Source: an uncultured Verrucomicrobiota bacterium (GTDB taxonomy: Bacteria; Verrucomicrobiota; Verrucomicrobiia; Limisphaerales; UBA8199). From it: a DNA stretch of 62,599 bases. Below the pieces are notes generated by a model. The model did not search any database. It saw only the letters and a program-made list of their open reading frames with translations, and was not told where the DNA came from. The stretch lies in assembly GCA_903873945.1 (NCBI GenBank), contig CAIQQM010000227.1:66781-129379 (forward strand), in the 5' to 3' direction. Both the position numbers and the translations under genes were made by a program. The first letter of the stretch is position 1. Each line of letters begins with the position of its first letter. Below, piece after piece: positions 10,040 through 19,507 of this stretch.

Positions 10040-11017
10040 ATGGCATCCATGCGCAACGGATTAATGATTCAAGTTGCCAATCTGACGAAGCGTTACGCCG
10101 GGCACACCGCGGTGTCGAATATTTCGTTCACCGTCGAACGCGGCGAGATCGTCGGCCTGCTTGGCCCGAACGGCGCCGGCAAGAGCACGACCATGCGGAT
10201 TCTTGCCTGTTTTCTGCCGGGAACTTCCGGGACGGTGCGCATTGCGGGTTTGGATGTCTTCCACCAATCGGATGAAGTGCGGCGGCGGATTGGCTATATG
10301 CCGGAAAACAACCCCCTCCACCTTGACATGCGGGTGCGGGAGTACCTGAAATTTCGCGCGCGGTTGAAGGGGTTGAGTCGCAAGCAGTCGCGTGGGCGTG
10401 GGGATATTGTGATGGAACAGTGCGGCATCACGGACGTGAGCCGCCGCATCATTGGCCAGCTATCCAAGGGATATCGTCAACGGGTCGGCCTGGCCGATGC
10501 GCTGGTGAATGAGCCGGAACTGCTCATCCTCGACGAGCCAACCATAGGACTCGATCCCAACCAGATTCGTTCCGTGCGGCAGCTCATCAAGGGGTTGGCC
10601 GGCAACCATACAGTGCTCATCTCGACCCACATCCTGCCGGAGGCCGAAATGACCTGCAATCGCATGGTGATCATGTACGAAGGCAGGATCATGGCGGCTG
10701 GCACGTCCGAAAATCTGCAGCGTTTAATGAGCAACACGAACCAGGTTATCGCGGAAATCGCCGCTCCCCTCGCCGATCTCAACGAGTGTTGGGCGCAAAC
10801 GGCGGAAATTCAACAATTCGACGTCTCGCCGGCTGAGGGCGAGTATTTCCGTTGCGCGCTGACGGCACGGAACGGATTGGACTTGCGGCCCATCGTCTAT
10901 TCGCTGGCTCGTGAGCGTGGCTGGTATCTCCGCGAACTTACACTGACGCGGTATTCGCTCGAGGACATTTACGTGCATGTGACTCGTCCCGACGAAGAGA
11001 AAGAGGAGGGGGCTTGA
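10040..11017 (+). CDS. ABC transporter ATP-binding protein (GldA-like)
   Basis: Walker A GPNGAGKST, ABC signature LSKGYRQRV, Walker B LLILDEPT. The stop overlaps the next gene's start (TGATG). Confidence 0.9.
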   Translation: MASMRNGLMIQVANLTKRYAGHTAVSNISFTVERGEIVGLLGPNGAGKSTTMRILACFLPGTSGTVRIAGLDVFHQSDEVRRRIGYMPENNPLHLDMRVREYLKFRARLKGLSRKQSRGRGDIVMEQCGITDVSRRIIGQLSKGYRQRVGLADALVNEPELLILDEPTIGLDPNQIRSVRQLIKGLAGNHTVLISTHILPEAEMTCNRMVIMYEGRIMAAGTSENLQRLMSNTNQVIAEIAAPLADLNECWAQTAEIQQFDVSPAEGEYFRCALTARNGLDLRPIVYSLARERGWYLRELTLTRYSLEDIYVHVTRPDEEKEEGA

Positions 11018-11769
11018 TGCAGGCTTATCGGACGCTTACCCGGCGGGAACTCGCGCGCTATTTTCTCACTTCGACCGGCTATATTATAATCGCCGCGGTG
11101 ACCTTTTTGATTGGCTTCAGCTTCGTGGTCCTGCTCCTGAAGCTGCAGCAGGACTCAACCTTGATGCCCGTGACGGAGTTGTTCTATATCACGCCGTTTT
11201 TCTGGCTGATACTCCTGCTTGCGCCGCCGGTCATCACTATGCGCTTGTTCGCGCTGGAGAAATTCTCCGGCACCTTCGAAACCCTCATGACCACACCGGT
11301 GAGCGATTTACAGGTTGTGCTGGCCAAATTCACGGCGGCGCTGATTTTCTACGTGGTGATGTGGCTGCCGCTGCTCGGCTGCGTCCTGATTGTCCGGCAT
11401 TACACCAGCGACCCTGCGGCTCTGGACGCGGGAGCGCTGGGTACCACGTTTCTTGGCATCGTGCTGCTCGGCTGCCTTTTCATTTCACTGGGCTGCTGCG
11501 CTTCGGCGTTGACGCGCAGCCAGGGAGTGGCCGCCATGCTGAGCCTGATGCTAAGCGTTAGCCTATTCCTGCTCAGTTTTCTGGCCAAAGAGCTGCCCGG
11601 GACTTCGAGTTGGCAGGCACAGGCGCTTGGATTTTTTTCTCTTGTCGAGCAGATGCATGATTTTGCTCGCGGGATAATTGATACGAGGCCGATGGTTCTG
11701 TACCTGAGCCTGACCGCGTTCTTTTTGTTCCTGACATTGCGGGCCGTTGAAAGCCGCCGTTGGAAATAA
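11017..11769 (+). CDS. ABC-2 type permease (GldF-like)
   Basis: About 250 aa with roughly 6 hydrophobic spans. Strong GAGGAGG Shine-Dalgarno upstream of the ATG at 11017. Translationally coupled to the ATPase. Confidence 0.8.
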   Translation: MQAYRTLTRRELARYFLTSTGYIIIAAVTFLIGFSFVVLLLKLQQDSTLMPVTELFYITPFFWLILLLAPPVITMRLFALEKFSGTFETLMTTPVSDLQVVLAKFTAALIFYVVMWLPLLGCVLIVRHYTSDPAALDAGALGTTFLGIVLLGCLFISLGCCASALTRSQGVAAMLSLMLSVSLFLLSFLAKELPGTSSWQAQALGFFSLVEQMHDFARGIIDTRPMVLYLSLTAFFLFLTLRAVESRRWK

Positions 11770-11770
11770 T

Positions 11771-13261
11771 ATGTCCGCCGAGCCTCAATCCAAGCCCAGC
11801 TTCACGCCCCGGCGAAAGTGGACCATTATGTTCCACGTTTGCTTTCTCACGCTCATTGTCCTGTCGGTAGTAGTGATGGCGAATTACCTAAGCCGCGATT
11901 ATTTCCTACACCTGCATTGCAGCACGCAAACCCAGATCCAACTGTCGCCAATGACAGTGAAAGTGCTGCAGTCAATCACCAATCGCGTGAGGGTGACGAT
12001 CTACTACGACAAGAACGAGCCTCTTTACAGCACGGTAGCGGAGTTGCTCAATGAGTACAAGCTGGTCAACCCGAGGATCTCAGTCCAGACAATCGACTAC
12101 CTGCGTGATCCCGGCACCGCACAGCAGGTCAAAACCGACTATCGGCTTGGCTCGGCCAACGATAAGAATCTCGTCATCTTCAATTGCGAGGGCAGGGGTA
12201 CCAAGGTGGTCGATGGGGCGGGACTGGCGAAGTATGTGCTGGAGGAAGATTCGAACGCGAAGGACCGCCAGTTCATCCGCAAGCAAACCACGTTCGAAGG
12301 CGAAAAGATTTTTACGGCGGTGCTCCTGGCAGTAACCAATCCCAAGCCCCTCAAGGCTTATTTTCTCACTGGCCACGAGGAACACCAGGCTGACAGCGGA
12401 GATGAGGCGACCGGGTACCTGAAGTTCAACTCGGCGCTGAAGCAGAATTACATCCAGGTTGAGCCGCTTTCGTTCGTTGGCACGAACGCCGTGCCCGCCG
12501 ATTGCCACCTGCTCGTGATTGCCGGCCCGAGGACCCCCCTCGAAGAGCTTGAGTTGGAAAAAATCGAGCAATACTTGAACCAAGGCGGGCGTCTGCTGGT
12601 GCTGTTTAATTGTCTATCACTGAACCAAGGCGAAACAGGATTGGAACAGCTCCTGCGGAAATGGGGTGTGGACGTTGGTCGTAATGTCATAAAAGACCCA
12701 GACAACAGTTTCTTCGGCACGGATGTCGTTGTAAGCGACTTCAGCAAACATCAACTCGTCAACCCCCTTCTGCAATCCCGCTCCCGGCTGCATTTGATTT
12801 TACCCCGATCCGTCGGCCAACTAAAGCCGAGAACCAAGGCCGCAGACGCGTCGCGAGTGGAGGAAATCGCTTTTTCCGGACCGAAAGCCCAGGCATTTTT
12901 TGGGAACAATCCGGTTGGCGGCGGGCAACGGTTTCCCTTGATGGCGGCTGTAGAGAAGGGCGCCATCAAGGGGGTCATCACGGAACGCGGCACCACGCGT
13001 ATCGTTGTGGTCGGAGACTCCATCTTCCTCGCCAATCATCAGATTGACTCGGCTGCAAATCGCGACTTTGCTGGGTATGCTGTTAACTGGCTGCTCGATC
13101 GGACCCAACTCTTGCAGGGCCTCGGACCCCGGCCTGTCTTAGAGTACAAGATCATCATGACCAGAACCCAACTGCGGCAAACGGAGTGGATATTGCTTGG
13201 CGGAATGCCGGGCGCGGTGTTGCTATTGGGCGGCTTGGTCTGGTTGCGGCGGCGATCGTAG
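11771..13261 (+). CDS. GldG-like ABC-transporter auxiliary protein
   Basis: ATG at 11771, 1 nt after the permease stop. N-terminal TM (FHVCFLTLIVLSVVVMANYL) and C-terminal TM (WILLGGMPGAVLLLGGLVWL) flank a large soluble domain. This topology and position match the GldG / ABC_transp_aux family. Confidence 0.72.
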   Translation: MSAEPQSKPSFTPRRKWTIMFHVCFLTLIVLSVVVMANYLSRDYFLHLHCSTQTQIQLSPMTVKVLQSITNRVRVTIYYDKNEPLYSTVAELLNEYKLVNPRISVQTIDYLRDPGTAQQVKTDYRLGSANDKNLVIFNCEGRGTKVVDGAGLAKYVLEEDSNAKDRQFIRKQTTFEGEKIFTAVLLAVTNPKPLKAYFLTGHEEHQADSGDEATGYLKFNSALKQNYIQVEPLSFVGTNAVPADCHLLVIAGPRTPLEELELEKIEQYLNQGGRLLVLFNCLSLNQGETGLEQLLRKWGVDVGRNVIKDPDNSFFGTDVVVSDFSKHQLVNPLLQSRSRLHLILPRSVGQLKPRTKAADASRVEEIAFSGPKAQAFFGNNPVGGGQRFPLMAAVEKGAIKGVITERGTTRIVVVGDSIFLANHQIDSAANRDFAGYAVNWLLDRTQLLQGLGPRPVLEYKIIMTRTQLRQTEWILLGGMPGAVLLLGGLVWLRRRS

Positions 13262-13270
13262 GGTGCGCGC

Positions 13271-15073
13271 ATGAATTTCAGGAACACTTGGTTTTGGCTT
13301 ATTGTGGCCGCTGGTCTCTTGAGCTTTATCCTTTTCTACCAACGCCACGCGCGCACGATTCCCGTCGGCCCAACTCGAATCCTGCCCGATTTGAGGGCGG
13401 CGGCTGTCACTGTGGTCCAGGTCCTGCCAAAAGGCCAGTTGGAGATCCAGGCTGAGCGCACGAATGATGGCTGGCAGTTGTCAAAACCGGTGCTCTATCC
13501 GGCTCAATCCGCAAGTGTCGAAAGTTTTCTGACGATGCTCGAGCACTTGACGCCCGCGGCCTTTATCGCCGAGAGCGAACTGAAAAACCAGTTCAGCGCG
13601 GACGAGGAATATGGTTTCGCCGATCCCCAAACCACGATCATCCTTGAGCAAGGCAATTTCCGCTTTCGCCTGCGAATCGGCACGCGAACACCGCCGGGTG
13701 ATCAGGTGTTTCTGCAGGTTGTCGGGTTGGCGGGGGTGTATGTGGTGGACGCCGAGTTGCTCAAATTCGTGCCGCGCACGGTCAACGACTGGCGTGACAC
13801 GGCTCTGGTCAATATGAGAAGCAGCGCCTTCGACCACATAACCGTGACGAACGGGGCAACCGTTTTCGAACTGCGTCGTTTGGCGACCAATGCACCCTGG
13901 CGCATGGTCTATCCAATTCAGACGCGTGCCAGCCAGGCCAAAATTGAGGAATCACTGCAGGGGCTGAAGGACTTGCGAATCAATCAATTTGTTTCCGACG
14001 ATGTTCAGGAGGACCTGGAGGCGTGTGGTTTGCATCCAGCCGAACTTGAAGTTGTTCTGGGACGAGGGACAAACATCTTTGCCCGATTGCAATTCGGTAA
14101 AACCGCGACAAACGATGCGCGCCAGGTGTACGCCCGGCGAGCCGGTCAAAAAGCCCTTGTCACTGTGTCCAAGGATCTGCTCGCAGCGTGGCGAGGTTCG
14201 GTCAATGACTTCCGCGACCCCCACCTGCTGGAGTTGGCCGGGCCGGTGGACATGATAAGCGTACGCGGAGAAGACGCCTTCCATTTGCTGCAGGAAAGCA
14301 ATAACACTTGGCGAGTCATGCCCCAAAACCTGCCAGCCGATACAGAGCTGGCACACGACCTGATCTCGGTGTTAGGCAACTTGCAAATCATTGAATTCAG
14401 CAAGGACGTTGTCACGGCGCCGGCTTTGCCAACCTTTGACGGGCTGGCTACACAGGCACGGCAGTACTTGCTGCAATCGACAACCACAAACTCATCCGCC
14501 GGGCCTACGAACATTCTGATAGCCGAGCTGGATTTCGGCACCAATCAACAAGATCGTGTCTTCGCGCGGCGCGGGGATGAAAACTCGATCTACGCTGTCA
14601 AACGCGAGGACTTTCAGCGGCTGCCGTCGGCAAGCTGGCAGTTGCGCGAGCGCAAAATCTGGAATTTCACCGAAGATGATGTGGCGCGCATCACCATTCG
14701 CCAAGCTGGCAGAATACGCCAGATCATTCGCAATGGGCCGCATTCATGGTCGCTCGCACCCGGCTCGCAAGGCATTATCAACGACCTGGCTGTGGAAGAA
14801 ACCGTGCGCGGCCTAACGCAGTTGGCCACAGTTTGCTGGGTGGCGAGGGGAGACCAGAACCGCGCCCGATACGGTTTCAGCGATAACGGCCTCCAGATTA
14901 CGCTTGAGCTGAAGGGTGGAGAAAAGTTGTTTGTGGAATTCGGCGGCGATGCGCCTTCGACCGCGCCGTATGCGGCGGTCAAGCTGGATGGGGAAGTTTG
15001 GATTTTTGAATTCCCCCAGGCCCTTAATCAGTTTGTGCAGAGCTATCTGACTATTCCCATCAGCGTCAATTGA
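13271..15073 (+). CDS. DUF4340-like N-terminally anchored protein
   Basis: 600 aa with an N-terminal TM (FWLIVAAGLLSFILFY). Starts 9 nt after gldG-like. DUF4340 proteins typically follow GldG-like genes; the assignment rests on context and topology. Confidence 0.6.
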   Translation: MNFRNTWFWLIVAAGLLSFILFYQRHARTIPVGPTRILPDLRAAAVTVVQVLPKGQLEIQAERTNDGWQLSKPVLYPAQSASVESFLTMLEHLTPAAFIAESELKNQFSADEEYGFADPQTTIILEQGNFRFRLRIGTRTPPGDQVFLQVVGLAGVYVVDAELLKFVPRTVNDWRDTALVNMRSSAFDHITVTNGATVFELRRLATNAPWRMVYPIQTRASQAKIEESLQGLKDLRINQFVSDDVQEDLEACGLHPAELEVVLGRGTNIFARLQFGKTATNDARQVYARRAGQKALVTVSKDLLAAWRGSVNDFRDPHLLELAGPVDMISVRGEDAFHLLQESNNTWRVMPQNLPADTELAHDLISVLGNLQIIEFSKDVVTAPALPTFDGLATQARQYLLQSTTTNSSAGPTNILIAELDFGTNQQDRVFARRGDENSIYAVKREDFQRLPSASWQLRERKIWNFTEDDVARITIRQAGRIRQIIRNGPHSWSLAPGSQGIINDLAVEETVRGLTQLATVCWVARGDQNRARYGFSDNGLQITLELKGGEKLFVEFGGDAPSTAPYAAVKLDGEVWIFEFPQALNQFVQSYLTIPISVN

Positions 15074-15163
15074 CGTTGGAATCCAGAAGCCAAATGGCTT
15101 TCGAAAAACATTCAAAGGTCGGGCCTGCCGTTGTCGAATCGAGGCCTAAAAGTTCGAACTAAC

Positions 15164-18085
15164 ATGGACATGCATCCCCAAAGCCACTTCTGGAGAAAAT
15201 GTCGAATTGGTTTTCGCCGGTTCCGCATGACGGTTTGGCTGACGCTTTTGGCATTAGTCCTCTGCCTTGCTTATCTCAATCAGGTTGGCTTGCCCCGGTT
15301 CGTGAAGGGGCCTTTGCTGGAAAAGCTCCGGGTTCGCGGCGTGGACCTTCAATTCTCAAGGCTGCGTTTGCGTTGGTTTCGTGGAATTGTAGCCGACAAT
15401 GTCCGTTTTGAACAGGCGGAGCAGCCGCTAGGCCCGAGACTTTCATTTGCCGAGGTTCGGGTTCGCCTGAATTACAAAGCTCTCGCAAAGCTTCGACTCC
15501 AGGTTGACTCTCTCGTTGGGCGACGGGGCCAACTGTTGCTGCCAATTGTCGGGACCAATCAAGCCCCACGACAGCTATCCATCGAAAACATCCAAACTGA
15601 ACTCCGCCTACTACCCAACGACGAATGGATCCTGGCATATTTTAGGGCCGAGTTGGCGGGCGCAAGAATACAATTGTCCGGAACGGTTACTCATGCCTCG
15701 GCTGTCCGCGAATGGAAGTTCTTTCAAGCCAGCGGGCCCAGCGGCGCGTGGCAAGATCGTCTTCGCGAATTGGCCGACACAATCGATCATATTCATTTTT
15801 ACTCGCCACCAGAGCTCGGCCTTGATGTTCGCGGTGACGCACGCGATTTGCAGAGTTTCAGCGCGCAGATGCGGCTGAACACGCCCGGGGTCGATACGCC
15901 ATGGGGCAGCGTGACTAAGGGGTGGGTCACCGTGCGTCTGACTCCGGCAACAAACGGCGTCCCATGGAACGCGGAACTGGACCTGTTTGCAGCTGAGGCA
16001 AAAAACCGCTGGACCTCCGTAACCGGTTTGCAACTGGCGGCTCACCTGCGGCCAGCGGAGGAGCAAAGAGACCTGGTGAACGGAAACCTTACTATTGCCG
16101 GAAAGCAGGTCGAAACCAGATGGGGCAACGCAAGCGCCATCGAGATCACCGCGCGCATGACGGCACCCGCCACCAATTGGCAACAGCACGCCAATGCCTC
16201 GTGTGGGTGGTGGGCAAATATTGAGCCTTTTTCTTGGGATTGGAGGTGGCGGTTGAAGGGGCTCCACTCCGCGGGGATGGAAGTAGGGGAAATCAGCGGC
16301 AGTGGTCGCTGGCGCATGCCTGAATTAACCATCACAGATCTCCAGGCAAAGCTCAACCCGGGACAGCTTTCGTTAGATGCCAGTTTGAATGTGGATACGC
16401 GCGCACTCAAACTTGCGCTCGTTTCGAGCGGAGACCCCCGGCAAATTTCCTCCCTTCTCGCCAAGGACATCGGGCGCCAGCTCGCGGAATGCTCGTGGCA
16501 GAAACCACCCGCAATAAGAGCGGATGTGTCGCTTACCCTGCCTTCGTGGACTAATCGCGCACCGAATTTGCTCGGCGAGATCCTGCCATCACTCTATGTG
16601 CGGGGCGAAATCAATATCGCCGATGGCGCCGCGTACCGGGAGCTTCAGGTCAGTGCGGCTCACTCGCACGTCATTTACTCGAACATGGTCCTGAACCTGC
16701 CCGATCTGACAGTCATGAGGCCTGAAGGACGCGTCGAAGCGAAGCATGAGGCGAATGACCGCACCGGCGAATACTTTTGGCACACCCACAGCACGATCGA
16801 TGTTAAGATCCTGCGCGCGCTCCTGGAGGCGAATCAGCAGCGGGCATTGGATCTGGTTGCGTTCACTCAACCGCCAATTATTGATGCTGAGATTCGGGGG
16901 TGGTCGGGCGCTCCCGAACGGATTGGGATTAAAGGCCGCGTCGCATTGACGAATTTCACCTTCCGCGGCGAGTCGGCCAGCGGCCTTCAGACCGAGATCG
17001 AATACACGAATCGTTTTCTGCTATTCAAAGATGCGCAGCTTCAGCGAGGTGCCCAGCAACTAAGCGCGTCCAGCCTGGGAGCGGATTTTATCGCGGGAAA
17101 AATCTATGTGACCAACGGCTTCAGCACCGCCGAACCGCAAGTTGTCGCGCGCGCCATCGGCCCGAACATTGGCCGCACGACTGAGCCGTACCGTTTCAGC
17201 GAGCCTCCCATGGTTCGTGTTCATGGCATCATTCCCATGCATGGGGAGGAGGTAGCTGATCTGCACTTTGAAATTGATGGCGGCCCGTTCCATTGGTGGC
17301 GATTTGCCGTTCCACGAATAGCCGGCCACGTTTACTGGCGCGGAGAACGGCTGATGTTGGACGATGTCCGCGTTGACTTTTACGGCGGCAAAGCCACCGG
17401 TTCAGCCGTCTTTGATTTCGATCCCGAGGAAGGGACCGATTATCAGTTTGCAATGGTCGTTACCAATACCCTCCTGAAAAAACTCATGTCGGACATAGCG
17501 ACGGGCACCAATCACCTTGAAGGCATGTTGAACGGCAGCCTGATCATCACCAAAGCCAACACGGATCAGTGGCAGTCCATGCAGGGACATGGAAACGTTG
17601 ACCTGCAGGACGGACTGATTTGGGAAATCCCGATCTTTGGCATTTTCTCGCCGGCGCTCGATAGCATTGTGGCTGGGCTGGGCAGCAGCCGCGCCAGCGC
17701 TGGCACAGGCACGTTCGTTATCACGAACGGCGTCATCCGCTCCGACGATCTGGAAATTCGATCGGCGGCTTTGCGGTTAAGGTATCGGGGAACAGCGGAC
17801 CTTCAATGGCACGTTAATGCGCGCGTGGAAGCGGGGTTATTACACGACATGTGGCTTGTCGGTCCGCTGGTAAGCACCGCTTTCTGGCCGATGACGAAAA
17901 TGTTCGAATACAAGATCACCGGCACCCTTAGCCAGCCCAAAACCGATCCGCTCTATTTCATTCCCAAAATCATGCTGGCGCCGTTCCACCCGTTTCGCGC
18001 TTTGAAAGAGCTTTTGCCAGAGGACAGCGGCGGCAATAGAACCAACTCGCCGCCGATCACCTCTCCCAAAGACGGATCCTCATGA
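15164..18085 (+). CDS. Large N-terminally anchored AsmA/TamB-like envelope protein (about 973 aa)
   Basis: ATG at 15164 (track start 15131 is TTG). Single N-terminal TM (MTVWLTLLALVLCLAYL). Long beta-rich body. The C-terminal block GTGTFVITNGVIRSDDLEIRSAALRLRYRGTADL resembles the AsmA C-terminal region. That it is coding is near certain; the family call is tentative. Confidence 0.5.
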   Translation: MDMHPQSHFWRKCRIGFRRFRMTVWLTLLALVLCLAYLNQVGLPRFVKGPLLEKLRVRGVDLQFSRLRLRWFRGIVADNVRFEQAEQPLGPRLSFAEVRVRLNYKALAKLRLQVDSLVGRRGQLLLPIVGTNQAPRQLSIENIQTELRLLPNDEWILAYFRAELAGARIQLSGTVTHASAVREWKFFQASGPSGAWQDRLRELADTIDHIHFYSPPELGLDVRGDARDLQSFSAQMRLNTPGVDTPWGSVTKGWVTVRLTPATNGVPWNAELDLFAAEAKNRWTSVTGLQLAAHLRPAEEQRDLVNGNLTIAGKQVETRWGNASAIEITARMTAPATNWQQHANASCGWWANIEPFSWDWRWRLKGLHSAGMEVGEISGSGRWRMPELTITDLQAKLNPGQLSLDASLNVDTRALKLALVSSGDPRQISSLLAKDIGRQLAECSWQKPPAIRADVSLTLPSWTNRAPNLLGEILPSLYVRGEINIADGAAYRELQVSAAHSHVIYSNMVLNLPDLTVMRPEGRVEAKHEANDRTGEYFWHTHSTIDVKILRALLEANQQRALDLVAFTQPPIIDAEIRGWSGAPERIGIKGRVALTNFTFRGESASGLQTEIEYTNRFLLFKDAQLQRGAQQLSASSLGADFIAGKIYVTNGFSTAEPQVVARAIGPNIGRTTEPYRFSEPPMVRVHGIIPMHGEEVADLHFEIDGGPFHWWRFAVPRIAGHVYWRGERLMLDDVRVDFYGGKATGSAVFDFDPEEGTDYQFAMVVTNTLLKKLMSDIATGTNHLEGMLNGSLIITKANTDQWQSMQGHGNVDLQDGLIWEIPIFGIFSPALDSIVAGLGSSRASAGTGTFVITNGVIRSDDLEIRSAALRLRYRGTADLQWHVNARVEAGLLHDMWLVGPLVSTAFWPMTKMFEYKITGTLSQPKTDPLYFIPKIMLAPFHPFRALKELLPEDSGGNRTNSPPITSPKDGSS

Positions 18086-18169
18086 CCGGATTGCCGGCAG
18101 ATGGCCACGCGGGAAAGAGTCTGAAGTTTGGCCTTTGAACTTCGAAGCCCGGACTCCATATTTCGAGCC

Positions 18170-19141
18170 ATGAACGTTTTAGTCACAGGCGGAGCCGGGT
18201 ATATCGGCTCCATTTGCACGGAGGAATTGCTCAACGGCGGGCATGCGGTCACGGTTTATGACAACCTCACCGAGGGCCATCGTTCAGCCGTGGATCCGCG
18301 GGCGCGTTTCATCCTGGGCCAGCCGGAAGAGGAGAACAACATTCTCAGCGCTGTGAAAGCGGCCAAAGCCGATGCTGTAGTCCATTTTGCGGCAAACGCG
18401 CTCGTCGGTGAATCCATGGCCAATCCAGGAAAATATTTCCGCAACAATGTTGCCAACGGCCTGAAACTGCTGGACGCAGTTGTGGTTTCCGGGGTCAAAA
18501 AGTTCGTCTTCAGCTCCACGTGCGCCACTTATGGGCCGCCCGACCGGGTGCCGATGACGGAAGATCTTCCGCAACGGCCAATCAATCCCTATGGCGAATC
18601 AAAACTGATGTTCGAGCGGATGCTGCATTGGTACCACCAGGTTCACGGGCTGGAGTTTGTTGCATTCCGCTATTTCAACGCCGCCGGGGCGAGCGGGAAA
18701 TTCGGCGAACATCATCGCATTGAAACTCATCTTATACCAAACGTATTCAGGGTGCCGCTCGGCCAGGCAACGCATTGCGAGATCTTCGGCACGGATTATC
18801 CGACACCAGATGGCACTTGCATCCGCGATTACGTCCACATCGTTGATCTTGCCCAGGCACACATCCTGGCGCTCGCGCCGGGCAGGCAAGGTTTCTATAA
18901 CTTGGGGAACGGCGATGGCTACTCGGTGCGGGAAGTCATCAGGATGTGTGAAAAGATTACCGGCAAGAAGATTCCCACTATGGAACGGCCGCGTCGGCCG
19001 GGCGACCCGCCACGGCTGGTTGCATCCGCGAAGAAAGCCATCCGCGAGTTGAACTGGAAGCCGAAACTTCCCAAACTCGAGGACATCGTGGCGACGGCGT
19101 GGGTGTGGCACAAGCAGCATCCGAATGGTTATCCGGACTGA
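18170..19141 (+). CDS. galE: UDP-glucose 4-epimerase
   Basis: MNVLVTGGAGYIGS Rossmann start at 18170. STCATYG, PINPYGESKLMFE (YxxxK), FRYFNAAGA and DYPTPDGTCIRDYVHIVDLAQAH blocks. Confidence 0.9.
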   Translation: MNVLVTGGAGYIGSICTEELLNGGHAVTVYDNLTEGHRSAVDPRARFILGQPEEENNILSAVKAAKADAVVHFAANALVGESMANPGKYFRNNVANGLKLLDAVVVSGVKKFVFSSTCATYGPPDRVPMTEDLPQRPINPYGESKLMFERMLHWYHQVHGLEFVAFRYFNAAGASGKFGEHHRIETHLIPNVFRVPLGQATHCEIFGTDYPTPDGTCIRDYVHIVDLAQAHILALAPGRQGFYNLGNGDGYSVREVIRMCEKITGKKIPTMERPRRPGDPPRLVASAKKAIRELNWKPKLPKLEDIVATAWVWHKQHPNGYPD

Positions 19142-19195
19142 AATAACAAAGTGTAAGTCAGTCAGGAAGTCATAAAAACATGCTCCTTCAAATGC

Positions 19196-19507
19196 TTGCA
19201 GAATGGACCGCCTTGTAATGGCTCTGGGAAAAGCATTACGACCTCATCCTCATCGATATTACAAATGCCCGGTATGGATGGATTTGAGCTCCGCAAATGG
19301 CTCAGACGGCATGCGCCCCAGCCCCGGGCATTTGCCTCAGTTTCAGATCCGCTTGGCGTGGCCATTATTACCACGGCTGGCGATATCGTTAGCTGGCATG
19401 AATGCTGGTGGACGCATAACCCGGTTGCTGCGTTCACCAGCAAAATCCGTGGCTTCCGTCCGTTAACCCTCAACTCCAGACCATTCAGCATCTACACCGA
19501 GCCGTAA
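19196..19507 (+). pseudogene. Decayed, 5'-truncated response-regulator receiver domain
   Basis: The hallmark receiver motif is split across frames. LWEKHYDLILIDIT (frame of 19219) is followed, after a 1-nt shift in the run acaaatg (about 19261-19265), by MPGMDGFELRKWLRRH...VAIITTAG in the 19196 frame. There is an in-frame TAA at 19216-19218. The tail motif AGMNA / FTSKIR is again split between frames. No room remains for the N-terminal third of the domain after the galE stop. Confidence 0.5.
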
